Of a stretch of DNA of 64,000 bases, positions 22,528-32,924 are shown in pieces. Under the pieces are notes generated by a model. The model saw only the letters and a program-made list of their open reading frames with translations, did no database searches and was not told where the DNA came from. A program made the translations under genes and the position numbers. Within the stretch, counting starts at the first letter, position 1. Each line of letters opens with the position of its first letter. Origin of the DNA: Acidimicrobiia bacterium (lineage in GTDB: Bacteria; Actinomycetota; Acidimicrobiia; Spongiisociales; ZC4RG35); assembly GCA_965203555.1 (NCBI GenBank), contig CBDBCY010000004.1:1984001-2048000 (forward strand), given 5' to 3'.

Positions 22528-22859
22528 CTGGGGCCTCTCGAAGGCGTGCGTCCCTTGTTCCATATAAACAATCCGGCGATCAACAATAGTCCCCCCAGCA
22601 CAGCCAAAGAACCGGCCGGCCCCAGCCAGATCGACAGTGCCCGGTGAGCGGCAACCAACAGAAAGATCAGACCAACAGATACAAGCACCAGCAAAACGAG
22701 AAGAAACAGAGCGGTCCGGATCCAATTCTCCAGCCGGTCGGCGGTCAGGGCTCGAACGCGGCCGGCGGCCGATTCCAAAGCATCGGCGAATCGAGTCGGA
22801 AAGTCATCCAGTTGCACGATTTCAAAGAGGCTAGCGTGATCGAGCAGCAAGGCTTGCAA
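22524..22859 (-). CDS. Small two-TM membrane protein (start uncertain)
   Basis: Two hydrophobic helices; stop codon overlaps the trxB start, suggesting translational coupling. Confidence 0.65.
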   Translation of the reverse strand: MQALLLDHASLFEIVQLDDFPTRFADALESAAGRVRALTADRLENWIRTALFLLVLLVLVSVGLIFLLVAAHRALSIWLGPAGSLAVLGGLLLIAGLFIWNKGRTPSRGPS

Positions 22860-22905
22860 GTTATGTGCAACGTGTACTTTGCTTACACAACGCTAACAGG
22901 GCTTA

Positions 22906-24261
22906 TTATCCCCAAAACCGGACTTCGGCGATGGAGGTCGAATAATTCTCGGGACTCACATAAGGTAGCTCGGTGAACCACACCATCCAGGCTCCGGCCG
23001 GACGCTGAGGCAAGGTAAGAAAGAAGGCGCCGGATGCGGTTTGCCCGGAAGCAACCGGGTTCCATTCACTCAAAGAGGCGTCAGGGCTTGCAGCCCATGA
23101 AAGTGTGTAAACGGTGCCCGGGGTTATGCCGAGCAGTTCCAACCGCCGCGCTTCCGCCGGTGGAGTTATCACCAGCCCAACTCCTGCCTTTATCAGAGAC
23201 AGCGGGTCGTAGTAACGCTCTGTTCTCCAGGTGGTCTCCCGGTCACCGTCGACCAGGCGCTCCAGGCGGTGGTCCATTTCCCCACCACCCCCATAGGGGT
23301 CGAAGGTGGCGACTCCGGGAGGGTCCAGCAACGTGGACGCCGGGGTGGTAAGGACGGGCGCCACCGTAGCTGTCGGGACAGGTTCGGCTGCCGCGGTGCT
23401 GGGTGGGGACAGAGTCGAGGTGGTTTGTTGTAGGACGGTATTCTGAGTTGTGGTGGATGAGACAGGGGGAGCAGAAGAACGTGACCCCGAGGAGAGGAGA
23501 CTTCCTATCCCTACCAGCCCGACCGCGGTCAGCGTCAAGAAAGCGGCGATCCACAGAGCGGAGCGGGAGGCGCCCGACGCTCTGCTGGTTGGTGGAGAAG
23601 GAACCGGCGCCGAAGAGAGCAGCACTGCCAACTGGGCGGAGGAAAGTTCCCCGCCGGCGGTTTCGGCGAGAACCTGGTCGATGGAGGGCGGGATCCCGTC
23701 GACCAATTCCGATAGTGGCAGACCTTGGGAGGGCCTCCCGGTGACCCACTCTTCCAAGGCCTCCACCAGTTGCTCGACATCGGAGACGAGGGTGCTGTCC
23801 TTGTTGGGGGGTCCTACACCTCCCAGCTTGGCGGGATGATCCACGGAGTAATAAATGCTGTTGGTGCTGATCCTGGAATGGACCACCCCCGTTTCATGTA
23901 AAACGGCCAAAGCTTCGGCCAAGCCGGCGGCGTTCTGCTGGAAATGGGCCGGATCCAGCCTGGCCCCGGCCTCAAGGCGATGAGAGAGCGCCGTGCCACC
24001 CGTCCACTCGTAAGCGGCGAACACCCCGCCGGGTACCGAACCGGCATCGAAAACAGAGAGCAGGTGGGGATGAGAAGCCGAAGTCGACTTTCGGACAGCT
24101 TCCAGGTACTCCTCGCGCAGGGCTGGAGGGGTCTCAGGTCCAAGCACCCGCATTTGGACCGGCCGATCCAATACCACGTCGGTGGCCAGCCACTCTTCAA
24201 CGCCTTCGATTCTGCCCAGGCGAACCTCGAGGCGGTAGCGGTCGGGAAGCGGAGGCGGCAT
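22906..24261 (-). CDS. Membrane-anchored Ser/Thr pseudokinase with extracellular beta-sandwich domain
   Basis: RYRL..RLG, W.A.D.VL.RPV, HPHL..VFD; catalytic loop HSRISTNS and no DFG; then a TM helix, Thr/Pro linker and DGDRETTW.TERY. Confidence 0.8.
   Translation of the reverse strand: MPPPLPDRYRLEVRLGRIEGVEEWLATDVVLDRPVQMRVLGPETPPALREEYLEAVRKSTSASHPHLLSVFDAGSVPGGVFAAYEWTGGTALSHRLEAGARLDPAHFQQNAAGLAEALAVLHETGVVHSRISTNSIYYSVDHPAKLGGVGPPNKDSTLVSDVEQLVEALEEWVTGRPSQGLPLSELVDGIPPSIDQVLAETAGGELSSAQLAVLLSSAPVPSPPTSRASGASRSALWIAAFLTLTAVGLVGIGSLLSSGSRSSAPPVSSTTTQNTVLQQTTSTLSPPSTAAAEPVPTATVAPVLTTPASTLLDPPGVATFDPYGGGGEMDHRLERLVDGDRETTWRTERYYDPLSLIKAGVGLVITPPAEARRLELLGITPGTVYTLSWAASPDASLSEWNPVASGQTASGAFFLTLPQRPAGAWMVWFTELPYVSPENYSTSIAEVRFWG
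23890..23905. promoter_or_regulatory. Possible intragenic parS
   Basis: CGTTTCATGTAAAACG, a degenerate parS palindrome about 4 kb from the main sites. Confidence 0.4.
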
Positions 24262-24335
24262 TGGCTTGCCAAGAAGAATATCCGCTCCGGGCGTTTGCCG
24301 TGGGGCGATGTCGCGCCAAACTATCTAGGGCGGAT

Positions 24336-25346
24336 ATGAGAGTCTTCTATTTGACCCACCCTGCCTTCTACCGGCATCAAGCCGGGAATTATCACCCGGA
24401 GCGGCCCGCTCGACTGGAAGCCGTCCAACGGGGGGTGGACGCCTGTGGCCTGGACATCCAACCGGTGCAGGCGCCCCAGGCCGATGATAATCTGCTGGTA
24501 CTTGCCCACACCCCCGCATACATCTCCTATGTGAGGGAATTCATTGCCGCAGGCGGTGGCCGTTTCGATCCCGACACCGCCGCCGGTCCCGGATCGTGGG
24601 AAGCAGCCGTCAGGGCTGCCGGAGCAGGGCCCCATGCCGCGGCGCTGCTGGAAAGCGCCTCGGATGCGGTTGCCCTCTTGGCGGTTAGACCCCCGGGCCA
24701 TCACGCCCTGGCTGATCGGGCGATGGGATTCTGCCTGTTCAACAATGCGGCTGTCACGGCCCGCCACCTGCAGGCCGGGGGGGCGAGGGTTGCAATTGTG
24801 GATTGGGATGTACATCATGGCAACGGAACGGACGCCGAATTCGCCGCTGATCCGGAAGTGTTCTACATCAGCGCCCATCAGTGGCCCTATTACCCGGGTA
24901 CGGGCGCCCTCGATGAAGTGGGGTCGGGCGCCGGCAGGGGATACACCATTAACGCCGCTTGGCCGGCGGGCGCCGGCGGTGACGTGTACCGGAGGTTGTT
25001 CGACGAAATGGTGGTTCCGCGACTTCGCCGATACGCTCCCGACTGGGTACTGGTGAGCTGCGGATTCGACGCCCATCATTTGGACCCTCTGGCGGGCCTG
25101 CGGCTTACCGAAGCGGACTACCACTTCATGGCTTCACAACTCTTGGAGATCGTTCCGCCCAACCGGGTCCTGATCTTTTTGGAAGGCGGCTACAACCTCG
25201 ACGCTATCGCTCATTCAACGAAAGCAATGCTGGTGGGTTTGGCCGGCAGGCCATACCAGGGTTCTGCTCCCTCGTTTGCGTCCCCGCCTCGAACCCACCA
25301 TGTTTTCGAAACCCTGCTGAGTATTCACCAACAGACGGCGGGGTGA
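24336..25346 (+). CDS. Histone deacetylase family protein
   Basis: HPERPARL, RPPGHHA, GFCLFNN, DWDVHHGNGT, SCGFDAH, LEGGY. Confidence 0.95.
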   Translation: MRVFYLTHPAFYRHQAGNYHPERPARLEAVQRGVDACGLDIQPVQAPQADDNLLVLAHTPAYISYVREFIAAGGGRFDPDTAAGPGSWEAAVRAAGAGPHAAALLESASDAVALLAVRPPGHHALADRAMGFCLFNNAAVTARHLQAGGARVAIVDWDVHHGNGTDAEFAADPEVFYISAHQWPYYPGTGALDEVGSGAGRGYTINAAWPAGAGGDVYRRLFDEMVVPRLRRYAPDWVLVSCGFDAHHLDPLAGLRLTEADYHFMASQLLEIVPPNRVLIFLEGGYNLDAIAHSTKAMLVGLAGRPYQGSAPSFASPPRTHHVFETLLSIHQQTAG

Positions 25347-25397
25347 GAGCCAAAACCCACCGCCGCATAGCGAAACCCAACGACCACAATTAGCTGC

Positions 25398-26816
25398 GTG
25401 ATACCCGACAGACTCACCTGGCTACTGGACGACGACCAGATCCCGGGTCTACTGGGTCGTCGCTTTGCCCGGCACGGCTACCTGCTTTATCTGGTGGGCG
25501 GCACCGTCCGCGACGCCTTCATGACCAGGGATCGTCCCGGCGCGGGCGGAGAATTCGACTTCGCCACCGATGCGCGGCCGGCCGCTGTAAAAGCGGTCCT
25601 GACCGGCTGGGCGGAGAAGGTTTATGCCACCGGGGAAACTTACGGGACGGTGGCCGGCATCAAATCCGGCCACTCCGTGGAGATAACCACTTTCCGAAGA
25701 GATGTTTACCGCAGCGACAGCCGCCATCCGGAAGTCTCATTCTCCGACACTATCGAGGAGGATCTGGAGCGGCGGGACTTTACGGTCAACGCCCTTGCCA
25801 TCAAGGTGCCGGAGGCTCAGATGGTGGATCCCTTCGGTGGATTGGCGGATCTGGCGAGACGGGTGTTGAGGACCCCCACCGATCCGGAGAGGACCTTTGA
25901 AGACGACCCGTTACGCATGCTGCGTCTGTTCCGTTTCTGGGCGTCGCTGCAGTTTGCGCCGGACAACAGGACTCTTGAAGCGGTGACGAAGATGGCTGAC
26001 CGTCTTGACATCGTGTCAGCGGAGCGGATCAGGGATGAACTAAGCAAGCTGTTAACCGCTACCCATCCTGCGGAGGCTTTGCTGGGTTTGGTGAGATCCG
26101 GTCTGGCTGATCAATTCCTGCCGGAGCTGTCCTCTTTGCAGATGGAGCAGGATCCCCGGCATCGCCACAAGGACGTGCTGGCCCATAGCCTGGCTGTGGT
26201 TGAAAAGGCCACCCCCCGGCTTGTCCTCCGGTTGGCCTGTTTGCTGCACGACATTGGAAAACCCGACACCCGACGATTCGGCCCCAAGGGGGTGAGTTTT
26301 CACCATCATGAAGTGGTTGGGGCGCGAATGGCCCGGCGCCGTCTTGAAGAACTTCGTTACCCAAGGGCGGTGGTAAATGATGTGTCCAGGTTGGTGGAAC
26401 TGCACCTTCGCCCTCACACCCTGAAGATGGGGTGGACGGATTCGGCGGTGCGACGCTACGTCCGGGACGCCGGTCCCCTTCTGGAGGACCTCAACGAGTT
26501 GGTTCGCTGTGATGTCACCACGGTCAACCGCCGTCGGGCCTACGCCATTCAGAATCGAATCGACCGTTTGGAAGAGCGCATCTCCGAACTGAAGAAACAG
26601 GAGGATCTCGACCGGCTCCGCGCTCCGGTGAACGGCCATCAGGTCATGGCTTATCTGGGTATTCCTCCCGGCCCCGAAGTGGGCGAGATCATGAAGATTC
26701 TGCTGGAACGCCGCATCGAAGAGGGTCCCTATCTCCCCGGCGAAGCGCTGGAAACCGCTCGACAGTGGCACATAGGGAAGGGAAGGGATGATCCCGGCCC
26801 TCCGCCCCCTGTATGA
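25398..26816 (+). CDS. CCA tRNA nucleotidyltransferase with HD domain
   Basis: LVGGTVRD..FDFATD, RRDFTVNA, DDPLR, SAERI, HKDV..H, LHDIGKP. Confidence 0.95.
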   Translation: MIPDRLTWLLDDDQIPGLLGRRFARHGYLLYLVGGTVRDAFMTRDRPGAGGEFDFATDARPAAVKAVLTGWAEKVYATGETYGTVAGIKSGHSVEITTFRRDVYRSDSRHPEVSFSDTIEEDLERRDFTVNALAIKVPEAQMVDPFGGLADLARRVLRTPTDPERTFEDDPLRMLRLFRFWASLQFAPDNRTLEAVTKMADRLDIVSAERIRDELSKLLTATHPAEALLGLVRSGLADQFLPELSSLQMEQDPRHRHKDVLAHSLAVVEKATPRLVLRLACLLHDIGKPDTRRFGPKGVSFHHHEVVGARMARRRLEELRYPRAVVNDVSRLVELHLRPHTLKMGWTDSAVRRYVRDAGPLLEDLNELVRCDVTTVNRRRAYAIQNRIDRLEERISELKKQEDLDRLRAPVNGHQVMAYLGIPPGPEVGEIMKILLERRIEEGPYLPGEALETARQWHIGKGRDDPGPPPPV

Positions 26817-28525
26817 GAGCGGCCCACGCGTTCGTGTGCCTGGTGGTGGCGGGGAGCCTGGTGGCTTGTGGCGCCGAACCCGTAGACACTTCCCCCTCCA
26901 CCACCTCGTCCTCTCCCAGTCAGCCCGGAGCAACCTGGACCGTCGGCGAGACTACGACAACCGCTACGCCCGAGAATATCTCAGCGCCCGAGGCGGCGCC
27001 CACCACCTCCACCATCGGTCCGATCACCGACGGCACAGCAGCCACCACCACGACTTCGGCCATCGCCGCCACCGTGGTGACCACAACCACCACCCAGGCC
27101 GAGGCAGCAGAGTCGTCCTTGTGGGAAAGACTCCAGGAAACCACAGGCGCCGGGTTGGGCGATTCCCTTTACCCCGCGCTCGGCAACGGAGGCTACGACG
27201 TGGATACCTATAGCATCGAGATGAGCTTCGATCCCGTCACCCAGGTGATGTCTGCCGCCTCCACCATCACGGCGACGGCCACCACCGACCTCGACCTCTT
27301 CAGCCTGGATTTCTTCGGTATGTCGGTCAGCGATGTCACGGTCAACGGATTGGAGGCGGACTTCGACCAGGTGTCCGAGGAACTGATTGTTGATCCGCGG
27401 CAGCCGTTGGCGAGAGGAGATCGGATGGTGGTGTGGGTGTCCTACGAAGGGGTGGTTGCATCCCGGCCGGCCAGGGCGATACAGGGATTTACTGCCGGAG
27501 GCCACTGGTCCCAGGACGGGACGACCTTCTTCGTGCTGAACGAGCCGGAGGGCTCGGCGGCATGGGCGCCCTTCAACGATCACCCCTTGGACAAGGCACT
27601 GGTGACGGTGGAGGCGGAAGTCCCTACGGGATGGACGGTTGTCTCCGGCGGCAGGCTGGTCGACATGCGGGAAGTCGAGCAGACGACCGTCTTCACATGG
27701 TCCATGGAGCATCCGGTGGCGCCTTACCTGATTCCCCTCGCCATCGGCCCTTTTACTTCCCAAGCCGAGCCAGACTCGCTCGGTTTGGGGATTACCACCT
27801 GGTATCCGGAACACCTCGACACATCCCTGCTCGAGCCTTTCTCCCACCAGCAGGATTATGTGAGATTCTTGGAGGGACTATTCGGACCGTATCCTTTCGA
27901 GTCCCTGGGCGCCCTGGTCGTTCAGGCCGGGATAGGGCTTGCTCTTGAGCACCAGACCCTTCCCACCTATGACGTCTCTGCGGTGTGGGAGAGCGTGGTT
28001 GTACACGAACTGGCTCACCAGTGGTTCGGCAATGCCGTTTCGGTGGCGGATTGGAGCGACATCTGGCTGAACGAGAGTTTTGCCACCCTTGCCGAATGGC
28101 TCTGGGCCGAAGAGACGGGGGGCGCTACCGAGTACGATCGGATAGTGGCCGATCACTACGGGCTGTTCTCCGGCGCGTTGTTCCTTGACGAAGGCGTCTC
28201 GATCGATCAGGCGACCGCCGCCGCCACGGACCGGTTCTATCCGCCGGGTCGACCCCCGGCGGACGATCTGTTCAACTACACGGTATACGCCCGCGGCGCC
28301 CTGACCCTGGTCGCCCTTCGGGATGAACTGGGCGATGACAGTTTCTTCGGCATGGCCAGGAACTGGTACGACACCCACCGTTACGGGAATGCCTCCACCG
28401 AAGAATTCCTCTCGCTGGTAGAGACCACGGGGGGATCTGATGCAAGAGCTCTGACCGAGTCCTGGCTATACGATCCGCTTCCCCCGGCCATGCCAGAGAG
28501 AGACCTCTACCCCCTTGAGCGGTAA
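26813..28525 (+). CDS. M1 family zinc aminopeptidase lipoprotein
   Basis: Lipobox LVAC, Thr-rich linker, GNGGYDV, HELAHQWFG...WLNE, Y.RGA. Confidence 0.93.
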   Translation: MRAAHAFVCLVVAGSLVACGAEPVDTSPSTTSSSPSQPGATWTVGETTTTATPENISAPEAAPTTSTIGPITDGTAATTTTSAIAATVVTTTTTQAEAAESSLWERLQETTGAGLGDSLYPALGNGGYDVDTYSIEMSFDPVTQVMSAASTITATATTDLDLFSLDFFGMSVSDVTVNGLEADFDQVSEELIVDPRQPLARGDRMVVWVSYEGVVASRPARAIQGFTAGGHWSQDGTTFFVLNEPEGSAAWAPFNDHPLDKALVTVEAEVPTGWTVVSGGRLVDMREVEQTTVFTWSMEHPVAPYLIPLAIGPFTSQAEPDSLGLGITTWYPEHLDTSLLEPFSHQQDYVRFLEGLFGPYPFESLGALVVQAGIGLALEHQTLPTYDVSAVWESVVVHELAHQWFGNAVSVADWSDIWLNESFATLAEWLWAEETGGATEYDRIVADHYGLFSGALFLDEGVSIDQATAAATDRFYPPGRPPADDLFNYTVYARGALTLVALRDELGDDSFFGMARNWYDTHRYGNASTEEFLSLVETTGGSDARALTESWLYDPLPPAMPERDLYPLER

Positions 28526-28598
28526 GGGACCTACGCAGGTACAAGCGAGGAGGGGTTCGGTGCGGGACTGGAGCGGGCGGGGGCTCGGTTGCGTGACT

Positions 28599-28630
28599 TT
28601 GGTGATATGCGCATATTCGTATATAGTTGT
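28599..28630 (+). promoter_or_regulatory. arg operon promoter with probable ArgR operator
   Basis: AT-rich patch with the perfect palindrome ATATGCGCATAT (28605-28616) and TATAGT (28622-28627) upstream of argC; argR is in the operon. Confidence 0.5.
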
Positions 28631-28654
28631 CCCGATGGCCATCAGTGACAGCGT

Positions 28655-29677
28655 ATGAAGCTCACCGCGGCGGTGATCGGGGCATCCGGTTATGCGGGTG
28701 GGGAACTGGTCCGCTTGCTGGACGCGCACCCGGTCTTCGATCTGGTGTGGCTCGGCGCGCACTCGCGGGCGGGCGACACCCTGCGGGAGGTGCACCCGCA
28801 CCTGTCCGGGGGTGACCGGAGGTTGGCTGAAACCGTTCTTGAAGACGTTCCACCGGTGGATGCTGCGTTTCTGGCGTTGCCCCACGGCGCCTCCTACCAG
28901 TTGGGACACGATTTGGCGGAGCGGGGCGCCGCTGTGTTCGACTTGGGCTCCGATTACCGGTTCGACACGGCTGAGCGTTATGAGAATGCATACGGCGCCC
29001 CTCACCCGGCAGACGACCGGTTAGCCGAATGGCGATACGGCCTGCCCGAACTGTTCGGCCTGGAAGGGACCCGGCGGGTGGCCCTGCCCGGTTGCTATCC
29101 GACCACCGTCCTGCTGGCCGCAGCGCCCTTGCTGGCTGCCGGGTTGGCCACGGGTCCGGTGATTGCCGATTGCCTGTCCGGGGTCTCGGGAGCAGGGCGG
29201 TCGTTGAAGACCGATCTGCTGTTCGGGCAGGTGGCGGAGGGAGCACGGGCTTACGGCATCGCCACCCACCGGCACCGGCCAGAGATCGAGATGGGTATTG
29301 AAATGTCCGGCGTCTGCGCTTCCGTTACCTTCACCCCCCACCTCCTGCCCATCCAGCGGGGTCTGCTGGCCACCGTCACCATGCCGGCCGCCGACCCTCC
29401 GGTGGACCGCTCGGACCTACTCGGAGTGCTGGGGAAGGCATATGAAGGACGGCCCTTGGTGGAGGTAGTCGACGCCCCTCCTCAGACGCGATGGGTGGCA
29501 GGGTCGAGCCGGGCGATGGTAACCGCCTTCTTTGACGCCCACTCCGGAATGGTTATCGCCCAGGGCGCCCTGGACAACCTCTTGAAAGGAGCGGCCAGCC
29601 AGGCGGTACAGGCTGCCAACCTGGTGTTCGGGTTGGAGGAGGCAACCGGACTGGATATGACGGGGTGGATGCCATGA
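28655..29677 (+). CDS. argC: N-acetyl-gamma-glutamyl-phosphate reductase
   Basis: GASGYAGGEL, PGCYPT, SGVSGAGR, DNLLKGAA. Confidence 0.97.
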   Translation: MKLTAAVIGASGYAGGELVRLLDAHPVFDLVWLGAHSRAGDTLREVHPHLSGGDRRLAETVLEDVPPVDAAFLALPHGASYQLGHDLAERGAAVFDLGSDYRFDTAERYENAYGAPHPADDRLAEWRYGLPELFGLEGTRRVALPGCYPTTVLLAAAPLLAAGLATGPVIADCLSGVSGAGRSLKTDLLFGQVAEGARAYGIATHRHRPEIEMGIEMSGVCASVTFTPHLLPIQRGLLATVTMPAADPPVDRSDLLGVLGKAYEGRPLVEVVDAPPQTRWVAGSSRAMVTAFFDAHSGMVIAQGALDNLLKGAASQAVQAANLVFGLEEATGLDMTGWMP

Positions 29678-30837
29678 GCGTTACTTATCCCGAGGGTTTC
29701 CGCGCCTCGTCCAAAGCAGTGGGCATCAAGCCTTCGGGAGCGCCGGACCTGAGCCTGTTGTTGGCTGCTGAGGCCGTTCCCACGGCCGCGGTTTTCACCC
29801 AGAACGCCGCGGCGGCGCCGCCGGTGCATCTCAGCCGGCGGCATATGGAGATTTCGGGAGGGCTGATCCGCGGAGTCATCCTCAATTCCGGCTGCGCCAA
29901 CGCCGCCACCGGAGAGCAGGGGGCCCAGGCGGCGCAGGACATGGCAAGCGCGGTGGCCGAAGCAGTGGACTGCCGGGCGGCCGAGGTGCTGGTCTGCTCG
30001 ACCGGGCCGATCGGCCCTCATCTGCCCATGGACAAGATCGCGGCCGCCGTGCCGATGCTGGCCGCGAAGGCGACCGCCGCCGAGGACGCCGGTCTGCAGG
30101 CCGCCGACGGGATTCTCACCACCGACACTTTCCGGAAGGTGGCCAGCGCCGCCGTCGGAGGGTTCAGGGTAGGAGGGATGGCCAAGGGGGCGGGAATGAT
30201 ACGTCCGAAAATGGCCACCATGCTGGCGGCGATCACCACCGACGCCGTAGCGTCACCGGATCGACTGCGCCAAGCCCTCGGCCGGGCGGCGGACGAGACT
30301 TTCAACAGCATCAACATCGACGGGTGCGAGTCGACCAATGACACGGTGATTCTCATGGCTTCGGGGGCTTCGGGAACCGAACCGCGGCTAGAGGAGCTAA
30401 CGGAAGGTGTCCGTGCGGTCTGCGCCGGTCTGGCCCGCGACATCGTGGTTGACGCCGAGGAGTCCACCCGGGTGGTGACCCTTCGAGTTCGCGGCGCCCC
30501 GGACAGCAGTTCCGCACGAAGAATGGGCATGGCGATCGCCGATTCCGACCTGGTTCGCTGTTCTTTTTACGGAGGGGACCCGAATTGGGGCAGGCTGGTG
30601 GCCGCTTTGGGAGCGTGCGGAGAACCGGTGGAAGCCTCCCGGATCGGCATCTCCTATCAGGGAGTTCCGGTGGCCGCCGAGGGCGTGTTCACCGGGACGG
30701 ACCTGGCGGCGGTGGAGGCCTTGCTCCAGGGAGACTTCGTGGTGGACGTGACAGTGGGGGAGGGGACAGGTGCCGCCGAGATTCTCACCTGCGACCTCAC
30801 TCCTGGATATGTGACCTACAACGGAGAGCCCTCATGA
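29674..30837 (+). CDS. argJ: Ornithine acetyltransferase ArgJ
   Basis: NSGCANAATG, TTDT, KGAGMI.P.MATML, DG..STND, DPNWGR. Confidence 0.96.
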   Translation: MSVTYPEGFRASSKAVGIKPSGAPDLSLLLAAEAVPTAAVFTQNAAAAPPVHLSRRHMEISGGLIRGVILNSGCANAATGEQGAQAAQDMASAVAEAVDCRAAEVLVCSTGPIGPHLPMDKIAAAVPMLAAKATAAEDAGLQAADGILTTDTFRKVASAAVGGFRVGGMAKGAGMIRPKMATMLAAITTDAVASPDRLRQALGRAADETFNSINIDGCESTNDTVILMASGASGTEPRLEELTEGVRAVCAGLARDIVVDAEESTRVVTLRVRGAPDSSSARRMGMAIADSDLVRCSFYGGDPNWGRLVAALGACGEPVEASRIGISYQGVPVAAEGVFTGTDLAAVEALLQGDFVVDVTVGEGTGAAEILTCDLTPGYVTYNGEPS

Positions 30838-31739
30838 GCACCGGACACAGCCGACCCACCCGACTAAAACCACGTATCGCCACGTCTATGGGCAAGGCGG
30901 CCATCCTCATGGAGGCGCTGCCTTACATACGCCGTTTTGCCGGAACCACGGTGGTGGTCAAATACGGCGGCTCGGCGATGGATGATCGCACTTTCGCCAA
31001 ATCTTTTGCCAGGGACGTGACCCTTCTCTCGCAGGTGGGAATCAAAGTCGTGGTCGTGCACGGCGGAGGTCCCCAGATCACCGCCGCCATGAAGAGGGAA
31101 GGAATCGCCCCCACCTGGGTGGACGGTCTGCGGGTGACCAACCGCCGCACCATGGAATTGGTTCGGCGGGTTCTTGGTGGTGAGGTGAATGGAGAGATAA
31201 CCCGATTGCTGGCCGCCAGCGGCGCCCGGGCGGTGGGCCTCAACGGGGTGGACACCGGGATGTTGCGCTGCCGACAACTGGACGACCGACTGGGACGGGT
31301 GGGAGATCTGGTGGAGGTGAACCCGACGATCCTGAACCATCTCTTGGACGCGGGGATGACGCCGGTCGTGGCGCCATTGGGCCTGGGGTTGGACGAGGGC
31401 GTCTACAACCTCAACGCCGACACCGTGGCGGGCGCCCTGGCTGCGGCGCTGGAGGCGCAGAAACTGGTGTTTCTCACCGATGTGGAGGGGGTCTACCGAA
31501 ATACCGACGACCAGGGTTCGCTGATTTCGAAGATGACGCTGAGCGAACTGGCCTTCATTGTTGACCGGTTCAAGGGAGGCATGCTTCCCAAGCTAAGGTC
31601 GGTGGTGGCGGCAATGAAAGGCGGCGTCGCCCAGGCTCACGTCCTCGACGGCCGGGTGCAGCACGCCCTGCTATTGGAGATGTTCACTCCCGAAGGGATC
31701 GGGACCATGATCATTCACCAGGAAGGAGAGTCGCCGTGA
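30834..31739 (+). CDS. argB: Acetylglutamate kinase
   Basis: EALPYI, KYGG, VHGGGPQI, NADT, GGMLPK; ATG at 30834 overlaps the argJ stop. Confidence 0.97.
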   Translation: MSTGHSRPTRLKPRIATSMGKAAILMEALPYIRRFAGTTVVVKYGGSAMDDRTFAKSFARDVTLLSQVGIKVVVVHGGGPQITAAMKREGIAPTWVDGLRVTNRRTMELVRRVLGGEVNGEITRLLAASGARAVGLNGVDTGMLRCRQLDDRLGRVGDLVEVNPTILNHLLDAGMTPVVAPLGLGLDEGVYNLNADTVAGALAAALEAQKLVFLTDVEGVYRNTDDQGSLISKMTLSELAFIVDRFKGGMLPKLRSVVAAMKGGVAQAHVLDGRVQHALLLEMFTPEGIGTMIIHQEGESP

Positions 31740-32923
31740 ACTGGATCGAGGCGGCAGATCGGACGCTGGTGCCCGCCTACGGGCGGACGCCGGTGATATT
31801 CACCAGGGGCGAGGGCGTCTGGCTTTACGACGACCAAGGTCGAACTTATCTGGACTGTCTAACCGGCCTGGCGGTAGTGGCGGTGGGCCATGCCAATCCT
31901 CGAGTGTCGAAGGCCGCCGGGGCCCAGCTTTCCGAACTGGTTCATGTCTCGAATCTCTTTTACACCGAGCCGATGGCGAACCTGGCTGCCCGTCTGACCC
32001 GACTGTCCGGATTGGACCGGGTGTTCTTCGCCAACTGCGGCGCGACCGTCAACGAAACCGCCATAAAGCTGGCCCGGCGGTACGCCCAGGAGAAGTATGG
32101 AGCAAGGCGTTACGAGATTGTCTCACTCATCGACTCCTTCCACGGCCGAACCCTGGCGACTCTGGCGGCTACCGGGCAACCCGCCAAACAGCAGACTTTC
32201 CAGCCACTGCCACCCGGGTTCAACCAGGCGCCCGCCGGAGACATCGACGCGCTCGCCGAAGCGGTGGGCGACCGGACCGCGGCGGTGATGGTGGAGACAA
32301 CCCAGGGAGAGGGAGGAGTGGTGCCCCTGCGGGGTTCCTACCTGCAGAAGACCCGGGAGCTTTGTGATCGGATGGGCGCCTTGATGATCGTCGACGATGT
32401 TCAGGCCGGAATGGGTCGCACCGGTCATATGTTCTCCTGGCAGGGTCTGGGTTTCGAGCCGGACATCGCCACGGTGGCGAAGGCGCTGGCGAACGGATTG
32501 CCGATCGGCGCCTGTCTTGCCCGGGAGGAGATCGCCACCGCTTTTCGGCCCGGTGATCACGGGACCACTTTCGGCGGCGGCCCGGTTCCCTGCTCGGCGG
32601 CGTTAGCGGTGCTGGACGAGATCGAGGAACGCGATCTGCTGGGTAACTGCCAGGCGCGGTCGCGCCAATTCGTCGAGGGCTTGAGCGCTCTGGACGGCGT
32701 GGTGAGCGTGCGGGGGAGGGGGCTGCTGCTGGCTGCCATTCTGAAGGAAGAATGGGCGGCGGAGGTCACCAAACGGGCGCTGGAACTGGGACTGGTCGTA
32801 AACAATGTGCGGCCCGACGCGGTGCGATTCGCTCCACCACTCACCATATCGCCCGAGGAGACCACCGAGGCGATCTCCCGGTTCGCCACCGCCCTGTCGG
32901 ATTCGATCTCCTCGGAGAACTGA
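31736..32923 (+). CDS. argD: Acetylornithine aminotransferase
   Basis: SFHGRT, DDVQAGMGRTG, AKALANG, HGTTFGG. Confidence 0.95.
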   Translation: MNWIEAADRTLVPAYGRTPVIFTRGEGVWLYDDQGRTYLDCLTGLAVVAVGHANPRVSKAAGAQLSELVHVSNLFYTEPMANLAARLTRLSGLDRVFFANCGATVNETAIKLARRYAQEKYGARRYEIVSLIDSFHGRTLATLAATGQPAKQQTFQPLPPGFNQAPAGDIDALAEAVGDRTAAVMVETTQGEGGVVPLRGSYLQKTRELCDRMGALMIVDDVQAGMGRTGHMFSWQGLGFEPDIATVAKALANGLPIGACLAREEIATAFRPGDHGTTFGGGPVPCSAALAVLDEIEERDLLGNCQARSRQFVEGLSALDGVVSVRGRGLLLAAILKEEWAAEVTKRALELGLVVNNVRPDAVRFAPPLTISPEETTEAISRFATALSDSISSEN

Positions 32924-32924
32924 A

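Noticed and set aside
26880-27100. ACC-rich low-complexity tracts (also in the other lipoprotein genes)
   Set aside because: They encode Thr/Pro stalks of lipoproteins and are not independent DNA repeats.
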